Assembly: GCA_964016885.1 (NCBI GenBank)
Contig: OZ024742.1
Location: 136,772,001 to 136,836,000, forward strand
DNA from: Eledone cirrhosa
Lineage: Eukaryota
DNA: 64,000 bases
Reading direction: 5' to 3'
The notes under the pieces are model-generated. The model was not told the DNA's origin and searched no databases. It was given only the letters and a program-made list of their open reading frames with translations. Within the stretch, counting starts at the first letter, position 1, and each line of letters opens with the position of its first letter. Of the stretch, positions 53,441-64,000 are shown piece after piece. A program made the translations under genes and the position numbers.

Positions 53441-56400
53441 GCTGGTATATAATAGAACCACAGGTGCTTATTACAGTTGTTTGCGTCGTTATACCCTTCT
53501 TCTTTTCCCCCCACTGATTCCTGGGCGGTTCATTGGGGCTGAGTCCTCTAACACCTCTTTCAATCCGATTGTGTCAGAAGCAATCGTCTCCAACTGATTC
53601 GGCTGGATCCCCAAGCGAGATAAGTTAATCTCAGCAGTGGTGATGGCGGCGACGAAATATAGGTGCATTTCGGTGCGATCAAACTACCGGCTGAGTACGA
53701 ATGCAGGTGATTACTGAAGACAAAAGTATGCACTGCTTCGTTTGTGGTGAAGCCACCCTTCTGCGAGCCATTTACTCTCAGCTGAAAAAAGGCTGGAGGT
53801 CGCAAATTTCTGTTGCTGTGAAAACCGTTGCCGGGACAAACTACCGCACAGTCAAAACCGCCAATACCGGCAGCACAAAGTAGAAGCAACAGCAGCAGCA
53901 GCAGCAGTAGCTGCTAATCCCCCACCAACAACAACTTAGACAGAATCAACCCAAGAGGAAGATGAAGAAAGCTCTCCCACTCCCTTTCCCCCGCCCCGAA
54001 AAATACACACATAAGGTTTCACACAAACACAAAATCACAAGCATCCGAAACTGACACAGAACTCATTTTCTCGTAGTGAAATCGAGGGATTTCCACAAAG
54101 AGCAAAAATAGAAAAAAACACAAACAAGGGAATAAAACTAAACCTCAAACACCACACGACACACACACACACACAACTAACAGAGGCACGCCCACAACAA
54201 CACCAGCAGCAAAACCCACCAAAAGAAAAGGTGCACAACTAATCACACAGACACCAAATTTTGTGGTTTAAGGCAAAAACGGATGACCTTCATAGCACAA
54301 TGTGACGAAATTGAAAGAGATGGGGAGGTTTTTGCCACCAGTAACTTCTATGTGCCAACGTCACTGATGTTTGTGGGGATGGAAGTTGAAACATACAAAA
54401 ATATGTGGGAAAGCGTCCTGCAAGACGTGGGAACCACAAACGTAAAAGGGAAAGCATGTTTTTAAAGGGGTTCCCAAAGGGTCACCCACCAGACATGGTG
54501 ATCAAACCACCCGATTTCCAACAGAGCCCCGAGAGGAAGTAGCACTCCATTTTTTCTCTTTTGATCAACCAGCCAACATAGCAATTATAAGGGTAGGTTG
54601 TCTAAATGTTCGTGGCCTGGAGTCGTCTTGGATTATTAGTTTTTCGCACCTCTTTGTTAGCCGGGAATGGCCGTGCAGTTTAGGAAAGGCCTATATCTCG
54701 AGGTAAGGACGATCTTCCGGGGCCCGGATTGAAATTGGTGGTGCTGGATGCGTGCAATAGTGACTGTGGTGATTTTAGACTGGCAGCCGACTACACTCCG
54801 ACCGGTACCGGACGGCCGGAAGTATTTACGTTCCAGGAAACCTTTCAAGGAACGTCTCGTCCTTTACTGTTAGCGCGGACTGAAACGGCATATTAGACGC
54901 ATACTGTGATTGTGGGGGATTTACAGATTGAAGCGGGGGCTTCAAAGACTCATGTACCGGATAACCCAGTTTCAACTGTCTGACAGGAATCGACTAGATT
55001 TCTCTAATGCACCAGTGTGTACCTAGACAAACCGCATAGGGTTATCTAGATTGTATATATAGAGGTTATTTTCGTTAGGTCAGCAGATAAGCATATTATA
55101 GGTTGTTTACATTTCCGAATGGTTCCCTATTCACATCACAAAATTGTGGTCTGCACGTTCGACCTAAATAGAACGTGTAGGCTAAATCTGGTTACCGGGA
55201 ACTTAACACTTCATCCAAGACGCATACAGCCTACATGGACAGGGTCAACACTGTAGTTAAGTGTAAGTTGACAAGGGTTTGTCAACAACATGTGGTGGGG
55301 TGTTCTGAACAGAGAGATTAGAGTAGTTTCAACAGATTTTAGTAAAGAATTACCGATAGAAAAATAAAGAAAGTCGGCTAGGGGGATATCTACATTAGAT
55401 GAGGCGATTAGAAATGGCATTGCAACTGACATGCTAGCAGCAAGAATAGCATTAGATTATTTATTCAATATGAAACACGAAGGTTGCATTTTCAGATCTA
55501 AGTAGCGTGCTCTAAAAAAAGAGGAAACGGAAGCTGTTCGATGGGCCTGAGGGACAGAGGCGCAGATTGGTAACAAAACCTCGATTCAGTTTTTCACGGA
55601 TCGAGAGGAACGCGTGCTGAACGATTCTAGGTAGATGTGTGGAGCCTTTTGCTAGCATTTTGCTCGAATATTCGTGGGGAGCGAGGTATCGGTGACGGTA
55701 GAGGACTACAGTTCTTACCTTGACGAACTCACGCAACTCTCGCCAGCCGAGGCTGAATACTGGGGAAGGCCGATAACATCTGCCGAGATTTGTGATGCCC
55801 TGGTCATCTGTACGAGGCGCAAGTCACCTGGTGTGGATGGTCTGCCCTAAGAGTGTTACCAGACTTACTCTCCAATCTCCTCGAAGCGTTCTACTACAAC
55901 TGGCTGCAGATTATTTCCAGTTCTCTGATGAGCAACGCTGATGAGGAGAGATGAGATTATTAGTGATTCTTTAGACAACTTCAGACCCATTACTATGTTA
56001 AACACAAATTTAAGATTTTATCCAAGGTGTTAGCGAAAAGGATGGTTCTTGTCGTAGAAGGATTGGTAGGGAAAGCGCAAAACTGCGCAACACAACAAGG
56101 TCCATACACGACAACCTCCACCTCATTCCAAACAACATGTAGAGGTTAGGGAGAAAATCTAGCTTCAGCGTGGCTATGATCAATTTAGATCAAACGAAAG
56201 TTTTCGATAATGTCTACCATTTATACCTGGAGGTTGTCCTCAAGGCAGCTGTGTTTGGGCCCGTCTTCAGAGGCTGGAGCGTTACAATGCACAATGGCAT
56301 CTGCTCAGTGTTCAAAGTAAATGGCCATCTTTCAGAGCCGTTACATGTCACGCGATCGGTCCGTCAAGGGTGCCCTCTCTCCTCAATTCTGTATGTATTG

Positions 56401-57150
56401 ATTCTCGAGTCGTTACAGCGGAAGCAGCAGCTGTTAAGGAGCACCCCGCTCAAACAAGGACGCAAAGTGCTGCGAGCTACATCACTGTGATGATGTCGAA
56501 CACCTTGTAAATCAAATAATTTAAAAGGCTGACGGGAGCAATACTGAATCCGGAAAGGTCGGTGGGTTTGCAGCTGTTATCGTATGTGGGACAGATCCGG
56601 CTATCGAGCGAGGCCATCATGAAGATCGCCGCGCCACCTTCTTTATGGTGCGAAGGGCAGAAAGATTTCCTATGGCTTGTGGCCACAGCCAATGAGTATC
56701 TGTGGTGGACTAGGCTGAAAGTACTTAAGACAGACACTTTTGTTTTTGGCCAATCCTTCATCAACTTTATCAAGTGTCACTTGGAAAAGAAGGTAAGGTT
56801 GGGGAGGGAAATAGTCCCCCCACCCCAGTAATTTGCTAAAAGGTGGGTGAAGGTTTCGAGGATGACACCTGAGAATGGGCTAACTCTGACCGTAAACCTG
56901 TTGGCTTGGTGATTGGAGATGGGAGGGGCACCCTCCTCGTGTGCTCTGGAGCGTCGATTTGTTCTGGATTGGTGTACTCTTGAATCAACCCTGGGTGGTT
57001 CTCCCCTCTGTTGAGGAATTTGTATAAATATAATTATATTGTTTATTGTTATTGTTTACTCGATTCTTCAGTAAAACATCTACCGTCCCTGTCATTTGTA
57101 TTGTTCCCTACATGTCGGCCATCATAGCCAATAAAGAAATTAACATTATT
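53440..57150 (+). mobile_element. Old decayed Tx1/L1-clade element (ORF1 part, ORF2, 3' UTR)
   Basis: QVITEDKSMHCFVCG (ORF1 knuckle), RVGCLNVRGL, INLDQTKVFD, VRQGCPLSSILYVL, WWTRLKVLKT; tail CCAATAAAGAAATT; internal deletion at ~56575. Confidence 0.88.
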
Positions 57151-57467
57151 GGATTGGCTGTATTGGTAGAGGGTCGGGCGCCATGCTTTGAAGCATATAG
57201 TTACCTCCCTTTATGATCTGAGTTCAAATCATGCCGAGGTTAATTTTGCCTTTCATCCTTACGGGGTCGATAAAATAAAGTACCAGTAATGCACTGGGAT
57301 AATTGCTGGCCTGGTGCCAAAAGTAGAAACAATTATTATTATCATTGTATTTATTATTATTGTTATTATAAATCAAATTGAATATCATATCTCACTTTGT
57401 TCGCATACTCCATCAATTCAAGTCAATTTATATGAAATGTTCTATTTCAATACGCACACACACACAT

Positions 57468-57498
<31 letters not shown>

Positions 57499-57499
57499 C

Positions 57500-57546
<47 letters not shown>

Positions 57547-57804
57547 ATATATTTATATATAATGTATTTCTGCTGAGGGGCACACAAAGCAAACACTTAC
57601 CGTCATTGTCAACAACAACAACACCAGTAGTAGTGCTTCTAGACTACCGTCGGAGTGAATACAGTCCTGCTTTTTTTAAGTATGTACTTCAACATTTGAA
57701 CTGATTCCTTCAATTAATTCTTACTTTATTATCTCTTCATCTCTGGAAGCTCTTTTATTAAACACATACACATCTAATACATACATACATACATACATAT
57801 ATAT

Positions 57805-58032
57805 ATGCAGAAGTTATATTCAATTTGTTGGAATTCCAACAAGCTTAACAGTTTATAATTGACATAAAGCACTCAACAGTTTACTGGAGTAAATATTCAA
57901 TATATTATGTCAATATATATAAAACAAATCTTGTATTTTATCTGATGAAAGCGCACCAATAATGCCTTGGTTGTCCTTGAAATATATATAATAAAATAAT
58001 TATGGTTTTATAAATTTAGTTTCCATTTATTA

Positions 58033-58040
<8 letters not shown>
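57805..58040. mobile_element. Family-F element with internal inversion (colinear relative at 9474-9630)
   Basis: 57805-57908 matches 9474-9571 directly, while 57972-58038 is the reverse complement of 9563-9631. Confidence 0.65.
57934..57998 (+). ncRNA. Canonical type I hammerhead motif (family F)
   Basis: TATTTTAT-CTGATGA-AAG..CTT-GAAA-TATATATA-ATAAAATA; 8-bp stem I, palindromic stem III. Confidence 0.7.
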
Positions 58041-58119
<79 letters not shown>

Positions 58120-58126
58120 GGAATAG

Positions 58127-58445
58127 AATGAAACGAAATTTCATTTCTCACTCTTAATAATGCACTTACTTAAATGTAAGTATGTATGTATGTATACGTA
58201 CATACACACATGCATACAGACGTACAGTAGTATGTATATATATACATACATGCACACATATATATATATGCACGTATCGGTTTACCGAACATTTATTATA
58301 ATGCTCGGTTTGTTTGTTTGTAAACAAACAAACAGCCCGAATTACGTCGCACAATGTTTAGGCAACGGCGTCACCTTTTTGTTTTACAAACAAACAAACC
58401 GAGCATTATAATAAATATTCGGTAAACCGATACTTGCATATATAT
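58127..58445 (-). repeat. Family-C fragment with fold-back (58258-58322 / 58384-58447)
   Basis: Homology to 24060-24300, inverted. Confidence 0.75.
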
Positions 58446-58772
58446 ATATATATATATATAACGAAGGAAATGTGGTAAGGAACCAGATGGACCATAACGC
58501 ACCAAAGTACTCAATACTTAGGGTAGTAGAGTGGGTAATAGGAACGAGTAGGACCCCGACAGCTGAGCTCAAGCCGTTTCGACGGCTAATTCTGGACTAA
58601 AATCCAGATCTAAATCTAAGATCTAAATCTATTTTAGTCCAGAATTAGCCGTCGAAACGGCTTGAGCTCAGCCGTCGGGGTCCTACTCGTTCCTATTACC
58701 CACTCTACTACCCTAAGTATTGAGTACTTTGGTGCGTTATGGTCCATCTGGTTCCTTACCACATTTCCTTCG

Positions 58773-58790
<18 letters not shown>
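58445..58790. repeat. Family-E near-perfect palindrome, ~147-bp arms with a short spacer, in (TA)n
   Basis: 58457-58603 vs 58631-58777 are reverse complements with one visible mismatch. Confidence 0.9.
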
Positions 58791-58838
<48 letters not shown>

Positions 58839-59169
58839 ATAAACGTGCTGCGGAGTTGCAAATGGGTTACATATGAATAAAGTGGTCCTTCATCAGTGAT
58901 CTTCTAACCATCATCGGTATTTCTTCGCTTTAAAGACCATATACCTCCGGTTGGTGCGAGCAACGGCTTAAGAAAGTCGTTGGGACATGTAAATAAAGGG
59001 AACAGCGAGAGTGTAAACAAAATAAATATATACATGCATGAATATATATCAGTATATATATCTATATAGATATATATGTATATGTATATGTGTGTGTGTG
59101 TTTGTGTTTGTGTTTGTGTTTGCTTGTTTGTGTGTGTGTGTATATATATATATTTATATATATATATAT

Positions 59170-59645
59170 ATAATATAAAACGAAAAGTCAGTGATGCGTC
59201 TGAACTCAATTTATTGTGTGTTACAATTGTTTCGCCGGCAGAGAGCTCGAGACACGATCATTGTGTGGATCTGTCTGATTCCGGATCTGCAGGTCCGTCG
59301 GACACTTCTAATAACTTTGGATCAAATTTTCTCACTGGGGGTTAGCGTCAAAAAACATCCTCTTCGCTCGTTCTGCTATTGGCTGTTGTTTTTCTACGTC
59401 ATTATAAATTATAACCGGTGGATTGGCAGTATCGGTAGAGGGTCAGACGCCATGCTTTCCAGCATAGTTACGTCCCTTTACGATCTGAGTTCAAATCCCG
59501 CCGAGGTTGACTTTGCCTTTCATTCATCCTTACGGGGTCGATAAAATAAAAGTACCAGTAATACACTGGGTAATTGCTGGCCTTGTGCCAAAAGTAGAAA
59601 CAATTATAAATTATAACCAACAGGTACTGTCACACTGACAATCAG
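59170..59645 (-). mobile_element. Family-D element interrupted by a SINE (59417-59602) with a 16-bp target-site duplication
   Basis: ATTATAAATTATAACC at 59401-59416 and 59603-59618; joined flanks match the reverse complement of 23350-23400. Confidence 0.8.
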
Positions 59646-59716
59646 CTGTCCTTCTTCCTGTCATACTTCAATGAATCCCTGCTGGGTTTGGTAGTTCACA
59701 CGTCCACGCGTGCACT

Positions 59717-59767
<51 letters not shown>

Positions 59768-60069
59768 TTACACACACACCCACCCACGCTCACAATCATA
59801 TAAATAACAACATGCGTACGCATATACTCCCGCTATACATACGCACCCAAAGAGAACCCATAAAACTATAGACATACGCGTCTATAGACGCCTGCCTACA
59901 TGCCCATGTACATCAACTCACACACACGCACACGCACACATACGCACACACATGCATACGCGTATATCTACTCGTATACACAAATACGTACAGACATATA
60001 CATAGACACGCACAAGCACTTGCACACACGTGTCCATATATACAGGCACAAAAACAGACTCGCTCGCAA

Positions 60070-60144
<75 letters not shown>

Positions 60145-60423
60145 AACAAGCCCTTACCCTACAGTGGCTGCACGTACAAACACACTGGCTCATACACTCT
60201 TACAAATATGCGCCTATTACCTACAGGCCCACGCACGTCTACAAAGATACATACATACATACATACATATATCTGTCTATACACAAATATGATATACAAA
60301 CAAAGTCATATAAAGCTACACAATGGGTCATACAAAGGGTCATACAAGAAAGGATGCATCTTGTTATACACATGCACAAATATAACCAATATAACCATAT
60401 ATATATACATCCATACACATAGA

Positions 60424-60457
<34 letters not shown>

Positions 60458-60904
60458 TCTGCTTTAGGCACAAGGCCAGCAAATATCCAGTTCATTACTA
60501 GTACTTTATTTTATCGACCCCGTAAGGATGAAAGGCAAAGTAAACCTCGGCGGGATTTGAACTCAGATCGTAAAGGGACGTAACTATGCTGGAAAGCATG
60601 GCGTCCGACCCTCTACCGATACTGCCAATCCACCGCCGTGTATATATATATTCATATATATATACACGTATATATATATATATACACATACACACACACA
60701 CTGTTTCTACACATTGTTTCTTCTTTTAACACAAGGCCAGCAATTACCCCAGTGCATTATTGGTGCTTTATTTTATCAACTCCGTAAAGATGAAAGGCAA
60801 AGTTACCTCGGCGGGATTTGAACTTAAAACGTAAAGGGCCATACTACGTTACAAAGCATGGCATCAGACGCTCTATCGATACTGCCAATTCACGTTAGCA
60901 ATTA

Positions 60905-61115
60905 TAAACCTATCACATATCTGCCCTTGATGTAGAAATTGCTAACAAGCATTATGTCTTGGGAAAGCTACCACCACACTGACATAAACAACCTATCGCC
61001 GGAGGAACAAAAGACCAGTTACTTATTAACAAGATGAAAATACGTAACTGCAAGAGGATGCATACTGGTTTTGCCAAACGGTGGATAGATCACAAGAATA
61101 CATACAAGAATCCTC
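60905..61115 (+). mobile_element. Decayed PLE GIY-YIG fragment
   Basis: TGFAKRWIDHKNTYKNP resembles F..R...H..SF.N following YIG. Confidence 0.4.
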
Positions 61116-63529
61116 CTTCTTGGATAACCAAGTGGTCTGGATATCAGACAAACTACTGTTTTCCTTGGTTTTTTTATCTCCGGATTTCTACTAACGTATA
61201 TATATATATATATATAGTTATATAGTTATATGTTGTTATCAATTGAATATTTAATATATGCACACATGCATGCATACACGTATACGTACGTATGTCTGAA
61301 TTTTTATACATAGATTATATATGTATACACTGTATATATACATTCAAGTGTAAATATAATTTTAAATAAATTGAATAAAACATGATATGATGACATTTGG
61401 TTAGAATTCTCAGAGAAAGCTCTAAGCTATTTTATGAGAGAATACCATCTTGGTACATTAGTAGGGAGGTAAGGAGGTTATTGGTTAAAATTGTGAAGAA
61501 GAAAATCAATGATGTACCTAATGAAATATATATTGGTCTCATGATTACAAAATAGACGTAGAAATAAGAAAAGAATGTAGAGAGGGAGAATGGGAAGTGA
61601 GGAGAGGTAATCAGGAAATGTGTTAAGAAAGCATTTATTTGAAAAATAGTATTTGAATATTGGTATTTCACATGAGGCAATACTTCTATTGCAGGACGTT
61701 AGAACGTTGGAAATATGCTTCTCTGTATGTGGTCCGGCTCGCTACGCACTTAAGTGAAATATCACTGAGATCAAGGTTTTCTCTTGTTCTTTCAAGATCG
61801 ATAGACAAAGTAACAGTCTAGTACTGAGGTAGATTCTTCCTCTATATACCTTTCTCGGTTTCTCTAGAAGTAATCGGTTCTGTTCTGTCCCGGAAAGGGA
61901 AGGCTCCGCCAAGATTAAATACCCAAACAACACCGTTTGTCATGACGGTGCTTCTAAGAATATATTAGCTGTTAAGTGCCCATGCCTACAATGCAACTAC
62001 TATGACCAATAAATATTATTGAGGCCGGAAATAGTTGACAAATTTTATTCAAAATATCTTATTCACTCTACTCATGGTTGAAATTTTCTTTACGTCTCCT
62101 GAAGCAACAATATTCAAAACACATTCTCCAACTAAAAGCTTTCGTAACGCCTTCTCACTTCACTTCTGAATCTAGTTTTCTATTATGTGTTATATTTATT
62201 TGATTATCTATTTATTTAATTTTCATTTATTTGTGTATATGTTTGCAATTTACGATATAATGTAACTCCTGGGTCACATTCTTGCGTATAGCTTTTTTCC
62301 GATCCAATCCCAATAATTGGAAAGGTTGTTTAGAGAGTCATATCGCAAGATGTTTCCTCTGTAGTTTGACAGTTTGCGTTATTCAGTCTGTTTCGTTCAC
62401 CGCTTTTCTGTTGACGAGAGTTACAAGCGAATACCAGTGACTCTGTTCAGAACGGGACTTAATTTCCTAATGCACCGATGTTTTGGGTGTCACCGGTCAT
62501 TGTATCCCTCAGCGATGTAAACAGACAAAAGATACACACATGCACACAAACATATCTACACACACAAACACAGACACACTCATACATATATGTTGTCGGA
62601 AATGTATGTAAAAACAAAAATCATTATTTATATACTCCTATATTCACGCGACATTGGTATATACTGTTGATTTCTCATCAACCAACTCTGTACAGGCACA
62701 GGGTTTTATCCTGCTAACACTCTACGAGATTGTAATGAATGACGTGATCGAACCCGTGAGATCCTAGCATGCTCGACCGGATGAAATGTCATGTGAGGCG
62801 TATTATTTCTTGTACCAGTAATGCACTGGGTAATTTCTGGCCTTGTGCCTAATGTAGAAACAATTATTTCTTCTTTAAATCCCGTTCAAGGTTAACTTTG
62901 CCTGTCATCCTTACGGGGTCGATAAAATAAAGTACCAGTAATATACTGTGTAATTGGTGGCCTTGTGCCAAAAGTAGAAACAATTATTTATTTTATCCTT
63001 AATCTATGCAATATGACGAACTATTTTATTGGTTCTGTCCCTCCTCCATAATTTGACCTTTGAACAATGTTGGAAATTATTGGCAGTATCGAACGTATTT
63101 AGTAAAATATTTGTCACGGTCGAATATGTTTTTCATCCTTCTGGGCTCTATAAAATAAATAAGAGCCAGGTAGAGTGTTAGCTGAAATCGGTTACAAACA
63201 TGATCTAAGTTTCCTGGCATTGAGTCAATGTTTGAAATATTATTATTTCTTCATATCATCATGAACCATAGAACAACATTTAGCTGTTTGGGAGGCAAGA
63301 ATACTATGCAGTTTATCATACCTGTCACAGAGTAAGCCGACTTCAGTTATGTTGCTAATACAGTTTGGAAACAAATAAGTCACAGCATCAGTTCTCGAAA
63401 TATTCTGCAGCATTTTGCTATGATCTCCATTTAATGTTCAAATATTGCCAGTGTTAGGAAATCGCCTTTCAATTCACTGGGATCTTTTACATATGTATCG
63501 GTAACTAATTGATGTAAGTCAATCATTCA

Positions 63530-64000
63530 ATATCGTTGCCGCAACAGGTGCAGCCAGTCATTGTGGTGCCATTATAGACGCTTTCATAGCCAGTCGTCGC
63601 CATTAATTTCTATTCTCCGTCATACCTTGAGGGGTCCGGTGTTGCAATCACTCCAGTCTTTGATGTTGTTTGCCTAGGATTTTTTTGTTTGCCTCTTCTT
63701 CATTCTCCCTCGACTGTGCCCTGAAGGATAGTTTTAGACAAGTTGTGGCGGCATACATGACCATACCAGGCAAGCTTTCGTCTTTTCACCTTCGCAAGCT
63801 GTGGTTTCTGTCAGTCAATATATTTGTTAACTTGTTGCCTGACAAAGCTGCTTGTTTTGTGCTCCATGCGCGGGATATGTAGCAACCCTCTGAGGCACTT
63901 GTGCTCGAATGCTTGAATTATGTGTTCCATGTCAGCTGTGAGAGTTCAATTTCCACATCCATACAAAAAGATCGAAGTCACCAAGAACTTGTATAATTCA
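63530..64000 (-). mobile_element. RTE-clade LINE 3' fragment (runs off the window)
   Basis: LYGCG..TLTADMEHIIQAFEHKCLRGLLHI..VKRRKLAWYGHVCRHNLSKTILQGTVEG..NNIKDWS. Confidence 0.85.

Overview
This window is AT-rich, microsatellite-dense animal DNA made almost entirely of transposable elements. The SINE families resemble, from recall, those of Octopus or other cephalopods. No host gene can be called with confidence; only weak candidate exons were found. Main contents: (i) a near-complete Penelope-like element (PLE; RT + GIY-YIG) with inverted pseudo-LTRs at 19.3-22.7 kb, plus several truncated PLEs; (ii) a ~6.33 kb tandem duplication (32.4-45.1 kb) carrying a young Tx1/L1-clade LINE with an intact 910-aa RT frame but an internally deleted endonuclease, and two older decayed relatives; (iii) fragments of R4/Dong-like, RTE, Tc1 and probable hAT elements; (iv) many tRNA-derived SINEs. 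The most notable structure not explained by ORFs is a set of about 10 different short repeat sequences sitting in or beside (TA)n tracts. They carry type I hammerhead ribozyme motifs (canonical, U3-A8 covariant and non-canonical cores), usually as fold-back (inverted) insertions. One family is a ~431-nt tandem, retrozyme-like unit. All alignments and folds were done by eye, so element boundaries are approximate.
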